Shown: positions 30,796-45,700 of the stretch, piece by piece
Numbering within the stretch: position 1 is the first letter of the stretch
How the letters are laid out: each line of letters opens with the position of its first letter
Source: Eledone cirrhosa
Lineage: Eukaryota
NCBI GenBank assembly: GCA_964016885.1
Contig: OZ024742.1
Location: forward strand, 5,828,001 to 5,892,000
Direction: 5' to 3'
DNA: 64,000 nt
Notes under the pieces: generated by a model
Databases searched by the model: none
Seen by the model: only the letters and a program-made list of their open reading frames with translations
Told to the model about the DNA's origin: nothing
Program-made: the position numbers and the translations under genes

Positions 30796-33700
30796 CGGAG
30801 GTGGGAGTACAGCCTGGCACAACTACCATACTATATATTTAGATGTGGAGGTGGAAGAAGAGCCTGGCACTACTACCATACTATATATTTAGATCTGGAG
30901 GGGCAGAACATCCTGGCACAAGTACCATACTATATATTTAGATTTGAAAGGGGCAGAACAGCCTGGCATAACTACCATACTATATATTTAGATCTGGAGG
31001 GGCAGAACAGTCTGGCACAACTACCATACCATATATTTAGATCTGGAGGTGGAAGAAGAGCCTGGCACAACTACCATACTATATATTTAGATCTGGAGGG
31101 GAAGAACAGCCTGGCACAACTACCATAATATATATTTATATCTGGAGGGGTAGAACAATCTGGCACAATTACCATACTATATATATAGATCTGGAGGGGA
31201 AGAACAGCCTGGCACAAGTACCATACTATATATTTAGATTTGAAAGGGGCAGAACAGCCTGGCATAACTACCATACTATATATTTAGATCTGGAGGGGCA
31301 GTACAGCCTGGCACAAATACCATACTACATATTTATATCTGGAGGTGGAAGAAGAGCCTGGCACAACTACCCTACTATATATTTACATCTGGAGGGGCAG
31401 AACAGCCTGGCACAACTACCATACTATATATTTAGATCTGGAGGGGCAGAACAGCATAACACATCTACCATACTATATATTCAGATCTGGAGGGGAAGAA
31501 CAGCCTGGCACAAGTACCATACTATATATTTAGATTTGAAAGGGGCAGAACAGCCTGGCATAACTACCATACTATATATTTAGATCTGGAGGGGCTGAAC
31601 AGCTTGGCACAACTACCATACTATATATTTAGATCTGGAGGGGCAGAACAACCTGGCACAACTACCATAATATACATTTAGATCTGGAGGGTTAGAAAAG
31701 CTTGGCATAACTACCATACTATATATTTAGATCTGGAGGGGCAGAACAGTCTGGCACAACTACTATACTATATATTTAGTTCTGGAGGGTCAGAAGAGCA
31801 TGGCACAACTACAATACTATATATTTAAATCTGGAGGGGCAGAATAACCTGGCACAAATACCATACTATATATTTAGATCTGGAAGTGGGAGTACAGAAT
31901 GGCACAAGTACCATACTATATATTTAGATCTGAAAGGGGCAGAACAGCCTGGCATAACTACCATACTATATATTTAGATCTGGAGGGGCAGAACAGCTTG
32001 GCACAACTACCATACTATATATTTACATCTGGAGGGGCAGAACAACCTGGCACAAGTACCATACAATACATTTAGATGTGGAGGGGTAGAACAGCTTGGC
32101 ATAACTACCATACTATATATTTAGATCTGGAGGGGCAGAACAGCATGGCACAACTACCATACTATATATTTAAATCTGGAGGGGCAGAATAACCTGGCAC
32201 AAATACCATACTATATATTTAGATCTGGAGGTGGGAGTACAGCCTGGCACAACTACCATACTACATATTTAAATCTGGAAGGGCAGAACAGTCTGGCACA
32301 ACTACCATACCATATATTTAGATCTGGAGGTGGAAGAAGAGCCTGGCACAACTACCATACTATATATTTAGATCTGGAGGGGAAGAACAGCCTGGCACAA
32401 CTACCATACTATATATTTAGATCTGGAGTGGCAGATCGTCTTGGCACAATTTCCATACTATATATTTATATCTGGCGGTGGAAGAACAACCTGGCAAAAA
32501 CTACCATACTATATGTTTAGATCTGGAGGTGGAAGAACAACCTGGCACAACTACCATACTATATATTTAGATCTGGAGGGACTGAACAGGCTGGCATAAC
32601 TAGCATACTATATATTTAGATCTGGAGGGGCAGAACAGCCTTGCACGACAACCATACTATATATTTAGATCTGGAGGGGCAGAAATACTTGGCACAACTA
32701 CCATAATATACATTTAGATCTGGAAGGTTAGAACAGCTTGGCACATCTTCCATACTATATATTTAGATCTGAAAGGGGCAGAACAGCCTGGCACAAGTAC
32801 CATACTATATATTTAGATCTGAAAGGGGCAGAACAGCCTGGCATAACTACCATACTATATATTTAGATCTGGCCGGGCAGAACAACCTGGCACAAATACT
32901 ATACTATATATTTAGATCTGGAGGGGCAGAACAGCTTGGTATAACTACCATACTAAATATTTAGATCCGGAGGGGCAGAACAGCTTGGCACAACTACCAT
33001 ACTATATATTTAAATCTGGAGGGGCAGCATAACCTGGCACAAATACCATACTATATATTTAGATCTGGAGGTGGGAGTACAGAATGGCACAAGTACCATA
33101 CTATATATTTAGATCTGAAAGGGGCAGAACAGCCTGGCATAACTACCATACTATATATTTAGATCTGGAGGGGCAGAACAGCTTGGCACAACTACCATAC
33201 TATATATTTACATCTGGAGGTGGGAGTACAGCCAGGCACAACTACCATACTATATATTTAGATCTGGAGATGGGAGTACAGCCTGGCACAAATACCATAC
33301 TATATATTTATATCTGGAGGTCGAAGAAGAGCCTGGCACAACTACCCTACTATATATTTACATTTGGAGGGGCAGAACAGCCTGGCACAACTACCATACT
33401 TTATATTTAGATCTGGAGGGGCACAACAGCATAACACATCTACAATACTTATATCAGCATGGCACAACTACCATATTTAGATCTGTAGGGGCAGAAGAGC
33501 CTGGCATAACTACCATACTATATATTTAGATCTGGAGGGGCAGAACAGTCTGGCACAACTACTATACTATATATTTAGATCTGGAGGGGCAGAAGAGCAT
33601 GGCACAACTACAATACTATATATTTAAATCTGGAGGGGCAGAACATCCTGGCACAACTACCATACTATACATTTAGATCTGGAGGGGTAGAACAGCTTGG

Positions 33701-36138
33701 CATAACTAGCATACTCTATATTTAGATCTGGAGGTGCAGAACAGTCTGGCACAACTACTGTACTATATATTTAGATCTGGAGGGGCAGAACAGCATGGGA
33801 CAACTACCATACTATATATTTAAATCTGGAGGGGCAGAATAACCTGGCACAAATACCATACTATATATTTAGATCCGGAGGTGGGAGTACAGCCTGGCAC
33901 AACTACCATACTATATATTTAGATGTGGAGGTGGAAGAAGAGCCTGGCACTACTACCATACTATATATTTAGATCTGGAGGGGCAGAACATCCTGGCACA
34001 AGTACCATACTATATATTTAGATTTGAAAGGGGCAGAACAGCCTGGCATAACTACCATACTATATATTTAGATCTGGAGGGGCAGAACAGTCTGGCACAA
34101 CTACTATACTATATATTTAGATCTGGAGGGGCAGAACAGCCTGGCATAACTACCATACTATATATTTAGAACTGGAGGGGCAGAACAGCTTGGCACAACT
34201 TCCATACTATATATTTAGATCTGGAGGGGCAGAACAACCTGGCACAACTACCATACTATACATTTAGATCTGGAGGGGTCGAACAGCTTGGAATAACTAT
34301 CATACTATATATTTAGATCTGGAGGGACAGAACAGTCTGGCACAACTACTACAGTATATATTTAGATCTGGAGGTGCACAACAGCATGGCACAACTACCA
34401 TACTATATATTTAAATCTGGAGGGGCAGAATAACCTGGCACAAATACCATACTATATATTTAGATCTGGAGGTGGGAGTACAGCCTGGCACAAGTACCAT
34501 ACTATATATTTAGATCTGAAAGGGGCAGAACAGCCTGGCATAACTACCATACTATATATTTAGATCTGGAGGGGCAGAACAGCTTGGCAAACTACCATAC
34601 TATATATTTACATCTGGAGGGGCAGAACAACCTGGCACAACTACCATACTATACATTTAGATCTGGAGGGGTAGAACAGCTTGGCATAACTACCATACTA
34701 TATATTTAAATCTGGAGGGGCAGAATTGTCTGGCACAACTACCATACCATATATTTAGATCTGGAGGTGGAAGAAGAGCCTGGCACAAATACCATACTAT
34801 ATATTTAGATCTGGAGGGGAAGAACAGCCTGGCACAACTACCATAATATATATTTATATCTGGAGGGGTAGAACAACCTGGCACAATTACCATACTATAT
34901 ATATAGATCTGGAGGGGAAGAACAGCCTGGCACAAGTACCATACTATATATTTAGATTTGAAAGGTGCAGAACAGCCTGGCATAACTACCATACTATATA
35001 TTTAGATCTGGAGGGGCAGTACAGCCTGGCACAAATACCATACTACATATTTATATCTGGAGGTGGAAGAAGAGCCTGGCACAACTACCCTACTATATAT
35101 TTACATCCGGAGGGGCAGAACAGCCTGGCACAACTACCATACTATATATTTAGATCTGGAGGGGCAGAACAGCATAACACATCTACCATACTATATATTC
35201 AGATCTGGAGGGGAAGAACAGCCTGGCACAAGTACCATACTATATATTTAGATTTGAAAGGGGCAGAACAGCCTGGCATAACTACCATACTATATATTTA
35301 GATCTGGAGGGGCTGAACAGCTTGGCACAACTACCATACTATATATTTACATCTGGAGGGGCAGAACAACCTGGCACAAGTACCATACAATACATTTAGA
35401 TGTGGAGGGGTAGAACAGCTTGGCATAACTACCATACTATATATTTAGATCTGGAGGGGCAGAACAGCATGGCACAACTACCATACTATATATTTAAATC
35501 TGGAGGGGCAGAATAACCTGGCACAAATACCATACTATATATTTAGATCTGGAGGTGGAAGTACAGCCTGGCACAACTACCATACTATATATTTAAATCT
35601 GGAAGGGCAGAACAGTCTGGCACAACTACCATACCAAATATTTAGATCTGGAGGTGGAAGAAGAGCCTGGCACAACTACCATACTATATATTTAGATCTG
35701 GAGGGGCAGAACAGGCTGGCATAACTAGCATACTATATATTTAGATCTGGAGGGGCAGAACAGGCTTGCACGACTACCATACTATATATTTAGATCTGGA
35801 GGGGCAGAAATACTTGGCACAACTACCATACTATACATTTAGATCTGGAAGGTTAGAACAGCTTGGCACATCTTCCATACTATATATTTTTATATCTGAA
35901 AGGGGCAGAACAGCCTGGCACAAGTACCATACTATATATTTAGATCTGAAAGGGCAGAACAGCCTGGCATAACTACCATACTATATATTTAGATCTGGCC
36001 GGGCAGAACAACCTGGTACAAATACTATACTATATATTTAGATCTGGAGGGGCAGAACAGCTTGGTATAACTACCATACTAAATATTTAGATCCGGAGGG
36101 GCAGAACAGCTTGGCACAACTACCATACTATATATTTA
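28845..36138 (+). repeat. Older tandem duplication: ~28845-33010 versus ~33010-36138, second copy shorter by whole-monomer blocks
   Basis: Offsets step down from +4164 (ORFs 28920/33084) to +3718 (31345/35063) to +3126 (TTAGATCCGG 32961/36087). More substitutions are visible than between the 14.2-kb copies. Confidence 0.85.
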
Positions 36139-39100
36139 GATATGGAGGGGCAGAACAACCTGGAACAACTACCATACTATACATTTAGATCTGGAGGAGT
36201 AGAACAGCTTGGCACAATTACCATACTATATATTTAGATATGGAAGGGCAGAACAGCATGGCACAACTACCATACTATATATTTAGATCTGTAGGGGCGG
36301 AAGAGCCTGGCACAACTACCATACTATATATTTAGATCTGGAGGTGTAGAACAGCTTGGCACAATTACCATACTATATATTTAGATATGGAAGGGCAGAA
36401 GAGCCTGGCACAACTACCATACTATATATTTAAATCTGGAGGGGCAGAACAGCTTGGCACAACAACCATACTATATATTTAGATCTAGAGGTGGGAGTAC
36501 AGCCTGGCGCAACTAACATACTTTATATTTAGATCTGGAGGTGGGAGTACAGCCTGGCACAACTACCATACTATATATTTAGATTTGGAGGTGGAAGAAG
36601 AGCCTGGCACAACTACCATACTATATATTTATATCTGGCGGTGGAAGAACAACCTGGCACATCTACCCTACTATATATTTTAGATCTGGAGGGGCAGAAC
36701 AGCATAACACAACTACCATATTATATATTTAGATCTGGAGGGCAGAACAGCCTGGCGCAAGTACCATACTATATATTTAGATCTGGAGGGGAAGAACAAC
36801 CTGGCCCAACTACCATACTATATATTTAGATCTGGAGGGGCAGAACAGCATAACACAACTCCGATACTATATATTTAGATCTGGATGGGCAGAACAGCCT
36901 GGCACAACTACCATACTATATATTTAAATCTGGAGGGGCAGAACAGTCTGGCACAACTACTATACTATATATTTAGATCTGGAGGGGCAGATCAGCTTGG
37001 CACAACTACCATACTATATATTTACATCTGGAGGGGCAGAACAACCTGGCACAACTACCATACTATACATTTAGATATGGAGGGGTAGAACAGCTTGGCA
37101 TAACTACCATACTATATATTTAAATCTGGAGAGGCAGAACTGTCTGGCACAACTACCATACCATATATTTAGATCTGGAGGTGGAAGAAGAGCCTGGCAC
37201 AAACTACCATACTATATATTTAGATCTGGAGGGGAAGAACAGCCTGGCACAACTACCATAATATATATTTATATCTGGAGGGGTAGAACAACCTGGCACA
37301 ATTACCATACTATATATTTAGATCTGGAGGGGAAGAACAGCCTGGCACAAGTACCACACTATATATTTAGATTTGAAAGGGGCAGAACAGCCTGGCACAA
37401 ATACCATACTACATATTTATATCTGGAGGTGGAAGAGCCTGGCACAACTACCCTACTATATATTTACATCTGGAGGGGCAGAACAGCCTAGCACAACTAC
37501 CATACTATATATTTAGATCTGGAGGGGCAGAACAGCATAACACATCTACCATACTATATATTTAGATCTGGAGGGGAAGAACAGCCTGGCACAAGTACCA
37601 TACTATATATTTAGATTTGAAAGGGGCAGAACAGCCTGGCATAACTACCATACTATATATTTAGATCTGGAGGGGCAGAACAGCATGTCACAACTACCAT
37701 ACTATATATTTAGATCTGGAGGGGCAGAACAACCTGGCACAACTACCATACTATACATTTAGATCTGGAGGGTTAGAACAGCTTGGCATAACTACCATAC
37801 TATATATTTAGATCTGGAGGGGCAGAACAGTCTGGCACAACTACTATACTATATATTTAGATCTGGAGGGGCAGAAGAGCATGGCACAACTACCATACTA
37901 TATATTTAAATCTGGAAGGGCAGATCGTCTTGGCACAATTTCCATACTATATATTTATATCTGGCGGTGGAAGAACAACCTGGCAAAAACTACCATACTA
38001 TATGTTTAGATCTGGAGGTGGAAGAACAACCTGGCACAACTACCATACTATATATTTAGATCTGGAGGGGCAGAACAGGCTGGCACAACTAGCATACTAT
38101 ATATTTAGATCTGGAGTGGCAGAACAGCCTTGCACAACTACCATAATATATATTTATATCTGGAGGGGTAGAAATACTTGGCACAACTACCATACTATAC
38201 ATTTAGATCTGGAGGGGCAGAACAACTTGGCACAACTACCATACTATACATTTAGATCTGGAGGTGGCAGTACAGCCTGGCACAACTACCATACTATATA
38301 TTTAGATTTGGAGGTGGAAGAAGAGCCTGGCACAACTACCATACTATATATTTATATCTGGCGTTGGAAGAACAACCTGGCACATCTACCCTACTATATA
38401 TTTAGATCTGGAGGGGCAGAACAGCATAACACAACTACCATATTATATATTTAGATCTGGAGGGCAGAACAGCCTGGCGCAAGTACCATACTATATATTT
38501 AGATCTGGAGGGGAAGAACAACCTGGCCCAACTACTATACTATATATTCAGATCTGGAGGGGCAGAACAGCATAACACAACTACGATACTATATATTTAG
38601 AACTGGATGGGCAGAACAGCCTGGCACAACTACCATACTATATATTTAAATCTGGAGGGGTAGAACAGCTTGGCACAATTACCATACTATATATTTAGAT
38701 CTGGAAGGGCAGAACAGTCTGGCACAACTACTATACTATATATTTAGATCTGGAGGGGCAGATCAGCATGGCACAACTACCATACTATATATTTAGATCT
38801 GGAGGGGCAGATCAGCATGGCACAACTACCATACTATATATTTAGATCTGGAGGGGTAGAACAGCTTGGCACAATTACCATACTATATATTTAGATCTGG
38901 AAGGGCAGAACAGTCTGGCACAACTACTATTCTATATATTTAGATCTGGAGGGGCAGATCAGCATGGCACAACTACCATACTATATATTTAGATCTGGAG
39001 GGGCAGAACAGCTTGGCACAACTACCATACTATATATTTAGATCTGGAGGTGGGAGTTCAGCCAGGCATAACTACCATACTATATATTTAGATCTGGAAG

Positions 39101-40919
39101 TGGAAGAAGAGCCTGGCACAACTACCATACTATATATTTATATCTGGAGGTGTAAGAAGAGCCTGGCACAACTACCATACTATATATTTAGATCTGGAGG
39201 GGAAGAACAGCCTGGCACAACTACCATATTATATATTTATATCTGGAGGGGTAGAACAAGTACCATACTATATATTTAGATGTAGAGGTGGAAGAAGAGC
39301 CTGGCACAACTACCATACTATATATTTAGATCTGGAGGGGCAGAACAGCTTGGCACAACTACCATACTATATATTTAGATCTGGAGGGGCAGATCAGTCT
39401 GGCAGAACTACTATACTATATATTTAGATCTGGAGGGGCAGAACTGCATGGCACAACTACCATGCTAAATCTTTAAATCTAGAGGGGCAGAATAACCTGG
39501 CACAACTACCATACTATATATTTAGATGTAGAGGTGGAATAATAGCCTGGCTCAACTACCATACTATATATTTATATCTGAAGGGGAAGAACAGCCTGGC
39601 ACAACTACCATACTATATATTTATATCTGGAGGGGTAGAACAACCTGGCACAACTACCATACTATATATTTAGATCTGGAGGGGCAGAACAGCATAACAC
39701 AACTACCATACTATATATTTAGATCTGGAGGGGCATAACAGCCTGGCACAAGTACCATACTATATATTTAGATCTGAAAGGGGCAGAACAGCCTGGCATA
39801 ACTACCATACTATATATTTAGATCTGGAGGGGCAGAACAGCTTGACACAACTACCATACAATATATTTAGGTCTGGTGCGGCAGAACAACCTGGCACAAC
39901 TACCATACTATACATTTAGATCTGGAGGGGTAGAACAGCTTGGCATAACTACCATACAATATATTTAGATCTGGAGGGGCAGAACAGCATGGCACAACTA
40001 CCATACTATATATTTAAATCTGGAGGGGCAGAATAACCTGGCACAATTACCATACTATATATTTAGATGTGGAGGTTGGAGTACAGCCTGGCACAACTAC
40101 CATACTATATATTTAAATCTGGAGGGGCAAAACAGTCTGGCACAACTACCATAATATATATTTATATCTGGAGGGGTAGAACAACCTGGCACAATTACCA
40201 TACTATATATTTAGATCTGGAGTGGCAGAACGTCTTGGCACAATTACCATACTATATATTTATATCTGGCGGTGCAAGAACAACCTGGCACAACTACCAT
40301 ACTATATATTTAGATCTGGAGGTGGAAGAACAACCTGGCACAACTACCATACTATATATTTAGATCTGGAGGGGCAGAACAGCCTGGCACAACTACTATA
40401 CTATATATTTAGATCTGGAGGGGCAGAACAGCCTGGCATAACTACCATAATATATATTTAGATCTGGAGGGGCAGAACAGCCTGGCACAACTACCATACT
40501 ATATATTAAGACATGGAGGGGCAGAACAACTTGGCACAACTACAATACTATAAATTTAGATCTGGAAGGGTAGAACAGATTGGCACAACTTCCATACTAT
40601 ATATTTAGATCTGAAAGGTGCAGAACAGCCTGGCATAACTACCATACTATATATTTAGATCTGGAGGGGCAGAACAGCTTGACACAACTACCATACTATA
40701 TATTTAGATCTGGAGGGGCAGAACAACCTGGAACAACTACCATACTATACATTTAGATCTGGAGGGGTAGAACAGCTTGGCATAACTAACATACTATATA
40801 TTTAGATCTGGAGGGGCAGAACAGTCTGGAACAACTACTATACTATATATTTAGATCTGGAGGGGCAGAACAGCCTGGTATAACTACCATACTAAATATT
40901 TAGATCTGGAGGGGCAGAA

Positions 40920-42760
40920 CAGCTTGGCACAACTACCATACTATATATTTAGATCTGGAGGGGCATAACAACCTGGAACAACTACCATACAATACATTTA
41001 GATCTGTATGGGTAGAACAGCTTGGCATAACTACCAAACTATATATTTAGATCTTGAGGGGTAGAACAGTCTGGCACAACTACCATACTATATATTTAGA
41101 TCTGGAGGGGTAGAACAGCTTGGCATAACTACCAAACTATATATTTAGATCTTGAGGGGTAGAACAGTCTGGCACAACTACCATACTATATATTTATATC
41201 TGGAAGGGCAGAACAGCATGGCACAATTACCATACTATATATTTAGATCTGTAGGGGCAGAAGAGCCTGGCACAACTACCATACTATATATTTAGATCTG
41301 GAGAGGCAGAACAGCTTGGCACAATTACCGTACTATATATTTAGATCTGGAGGAGCAGAAGAGCCTGGCACAACTAAAATACTGTATATTTAAATCTGGA
41401 GGGGCAGAACAGCTTGGCACAACTACCATACTATATATTTAGATCTAGAGGTGGGAGTACAGCCTGGCACAAGTACCATACTTTATATTTAGATCTGGAG
41501 GTGGGAGTACAGCCTGGCACAACTACCATACTATATATTTAGATTTGGAGGTGGAAGAAGAGCCTGGCACAACTACCATACTATATATTTATATCTGGCG
41601 GTGGAAGAACAACCTGGCACAAATACCCTACTATATATTTAGATCTGGAGGGGCAGAACAGCATAACACAACTACCATACTATATATTTAGATCTGGAGG
41701 GCAGAACAGCCTGGCACAAGTCCCATACTATATATTTAGATCTGGAGTGGCAGAACAGCTTGGCACAACTAACATAATATATATTTAGATCTGGAGGGGC
41801 AGAACAGCATAACACAACTACCATACTATATATTTAGATCTGGAGGGGCAGAACAGACTGGCACAAGTACCATACTATATATTTAGATCTGAAAGGGGCA
41901 GAACAGCCTGGCACAAATACCATACTATATATTTAGATCTGAAAGGGGCAGAACAGCTTGGCACAACTACCATACTATATATTTAGATCTGGAGGGGCAT
42001 AACAACCTGGAACAACTACCATACAATACATTTAGATCTGTATGGGTAGAACAGCTTGGCATAACTACCAAACTATATATTTAAATCTTGAGGGGTAGAA
42101 CAGTCTGGCACAACTACCATACTATATATTTATATCTGGAAGGGCAGAACAGCATGGCACAATTACCATACTATATATTTAGATCTGTAGGGGCAGAAGA
42201 GCCTGGCACAACTACCATACTATATATTTAGATCTGGAGGGGCAGAACAGCTTGGCACAATTACCATACTATATATTTAGATCTGGAGGGGCAGAAGAGC
42301 CTGGCACAACTACAATACTGTATATTTAAATCTGGAGGGGCAGAACAGCTTGGCACAACAACCATACTATATATTTAGATCTAGAGGTGGGAGTACAGCC
42401 TGGCACAAGTACCATACTATATATTTATATCTGGCGGTGGAAGAACAACCTGGCACAAATACCCTACTATATATTTAGATCTGGAGGGGCAGAACAGCAT
42501 AACACAACTACCATACTATATATTTAGATCCGGAGGGCAGAACAGCCTGGCACAAGTCCCATACTATATATTTAGATCTGGAGTGGCAGAACAGCTTGGC
42601 ACAACTAACATAATATATATTTAGATCTGGAGGGGCAGAACAGCATAACACAACTACCATACTATATATTTAGATCTGGAGGGGCAGAACAGCCTGGCAC
42701 AAGTACCATACTATATATTTAGATCTGAAAGGGGCAGAACAGCCTGGCATAACTACCATA
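40920..42760 (+). repeat. Local ~1-kb tandem duplication in the diverged zone
   Basis: GGGCATAACAACCTGGAAC...GATCTGTATGGGTAG occurs at 40961 and 41995 (+1034), followed by shared rare variants (CTTGAGGGGTAG, ACTGTATATT, AAGTCCCATAC). Confidence 0.85.
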
Positions 42761-45700
42761 CTATATATTTAGATCTGGAGGGGCAGAACAGCTTGGCTCA
42801 ACTACCATACTATATATCTAGATCTTGTGCGGCAGAACAACCTGGCACAACTACCATACTATACATTTAGATCTGGAGGGGTAGAACAGCTTGGCATAAT
42901 TATCATAATATATATTTAGATCTGGAGGGGCAGAACAGTCTGGCACAACTACTATACTATATATTTAGATCTGGAGGGGCAGAACATCATGGCACAACTA
43001 CCATACTATATATTGAGATCTGGAGGCGGGAGTACAGCCAGGCACAACTACCATACTATATATTTAAATCTGGAGGTGCAGAACAGTGTGGCACAACTAC
43101 CATACTATATATTTAGATCTGGAGGGGAAGAACAGCCTGGCACAACTTCCATAATATATATTTATATCTGTAGTGGTAGAACAATCTGGCACAATTACCA
43201 TACTATATATTTAGATCTGGAGGGGCAGAACGGCTTGGCACAACTACCATACGATATATATTTAGATCTGGAGGTATGAGTACAGCCTGGTACATCTACC
43301 ATACTATATATTTAGATTTGGAGTTGGGAGTACAGCCTGGCACAACTACCATACTATATATTTAGATCTGGAGGTAGAAGAAGAGCCTGGCACAACTACC
43401 ATACTATATATTTAGATCTGGAGGTGGAAGAAGAGCCTGGCACAACTACCATACTATATATTTTGATCTGGAGGTGGGAGTACAGCCTGGCACAACTACC
43501 ATACTATATATTTAGATCTGGAGGGGCAGAACAGCATAACACAACTACTATACTATATATTTAAATCTGGAGGGGCAGAACATCCTGGCACAAGTACTAT
43601 ACTATATATTTTGATCTGAAAGGGGCAGAACTGCCTGGCATAAATACCATACTATATATTTAGATCTGGAGGGGCAGAACAGCTTGGCACAACTACCATA
43701 CTATATATTTAGATCTGGAGGGGCAGAACAACCTGTCACAACTACCATATTATACATTTAGATCTGGAGAGGTAGAACAGCTTGGCATAAGTACAAAACT
43801 ATATATTTACATCTGCAAAGGCAGAACAGTCTGGCACAACTACTATACTATATATTTAGATCTGGAGGGGCAGAACAGTCAGGCACCACTACCATACTAT
43901 ATATTTAGATCTGGAAGTGGGAGAAGAGCCTGGCACAACTACCATACTATATATTTAAATCTGGAGGGGCAGAACAGCTTGGCACAACTACCATACTATA
44001 TATTTTGATCTGGAGGTGGGAGTACAGCCAGGCACAACTACCATACTATATATTCAGATCTGGAGGGGAAGAACAGCCTGGCACAACTACCATACTATAT
44101 ATTTAGATCTGGAGTGGCAGAACAGCATAACACAACTACCATACTATATATTTAGATCTGGAGGCGCAGAACAGCTTGGCACAACTACCATACTATATAT
44201 TTAGATCTGGAGGGGCAGAACAGCATGGCACATCTACCATACTATATATTTAAATCTGGAGGGGCAGAATAACCTGTCACAATTACCATACTATATATTT
44301 AGATCTGGAGGGGCAGAACAGCATAACACAACTACCATACTATATATTTAGATCTGGAGGGGCAGAACAGTCTGGCACAAGTACCATACTATATATTTAG
44401 ATCTGAAAGGGACAGAACAGCCTGGCATAACTACCATACTATATATTTAAATCTGGAGGGGCAGAACAGCTTGGCACAACTACCATATTATATATTTAGA
44501 TCTGGAGCGGCAGACCAACCTGGCACAACTACCATACTATACATTTAGATCTGGAGGGGTAGAACAGCTTGGCATAACTACCATAATATATATTTAGATC
44601 TGGAGGGGCAGAACAGTCTGGCACAACTACTATACTATATATTTAGATCTGGAGGGGCAGAACAGCATGGCACAGCTACCATACTATATATTTAAATCTG
44701 GAGGGGCAGAATAACCTGGCACAAATACCATACTATATATTGAGATCTGGAGGTGGGAGTACAGCCTGGCACAACTACCATAATATATATTTAGATCTGG
44801 AGGTGGAAGAAGAGGCTGGCACAACTATCATACTATATATTTAGATCTGGAGGGGAAGAACAGCCTGGCACAACTACCATAATATATATTTATATCTGGA
44901 GGGGTAGAACAACCTGGCACAATTACCATACTATATATTTAGATCTGGAAGGGCAGAACAGCTTGGCACATCTACCATACTATATATTTAGATCTGGAGG
45001 CAGGTGTACATCCTGGCACAACTACCATACTATATATTTAGATCTGGAGGTGGGAGTACAGTCTGGCACAACTACCATACTATATATTTAGATCTGGAGG
45101 TAGAAGAAGAGCCTGGCACAACTACCATACTATATATTTAGATCTGGAGGTGGGAGTACAGCCTGGCACAACTACCATACTATATATTTAGATCTGGAGG
45201 TAGAAGAAGAGCCTGGCACAACTATCATGCTATATATTTAGATCTGGAGGTGGAAGAAGAGCCTGGCACAACAACCATACTATATATTTAGATCCGGTGG
45301 TGGGAGTACAGCCTGGCACAACAACCATGCTATATATTTAGATCTGGAGGGGCAGAACAGCATAATACAACTACCATACTATATATTTAGATCTGGAGTT
45401 GCGGAACATCCTGGCACAAGTACCATACTATATATTTAGATCTGAAAGAGGCAGAACAGCCTGGCATAAATACCATACTATATATTTAGATCTGGAGGGG
45501 CAGAACAACCTGGCATAACTACCATACAATATATTTAGATCTGGAGAGGCAGAACAGCTTGGCACAACTACCATACTATACATTTAGATCTGGAGGGGCA
45601 GACCAACCTGGAACAACTACCATATTATACATTTAGATCTGGAGGGGTAGAACAGCTTGGCATAACTACCATACTATATATTTAGATCTGGAGGGGCAGA

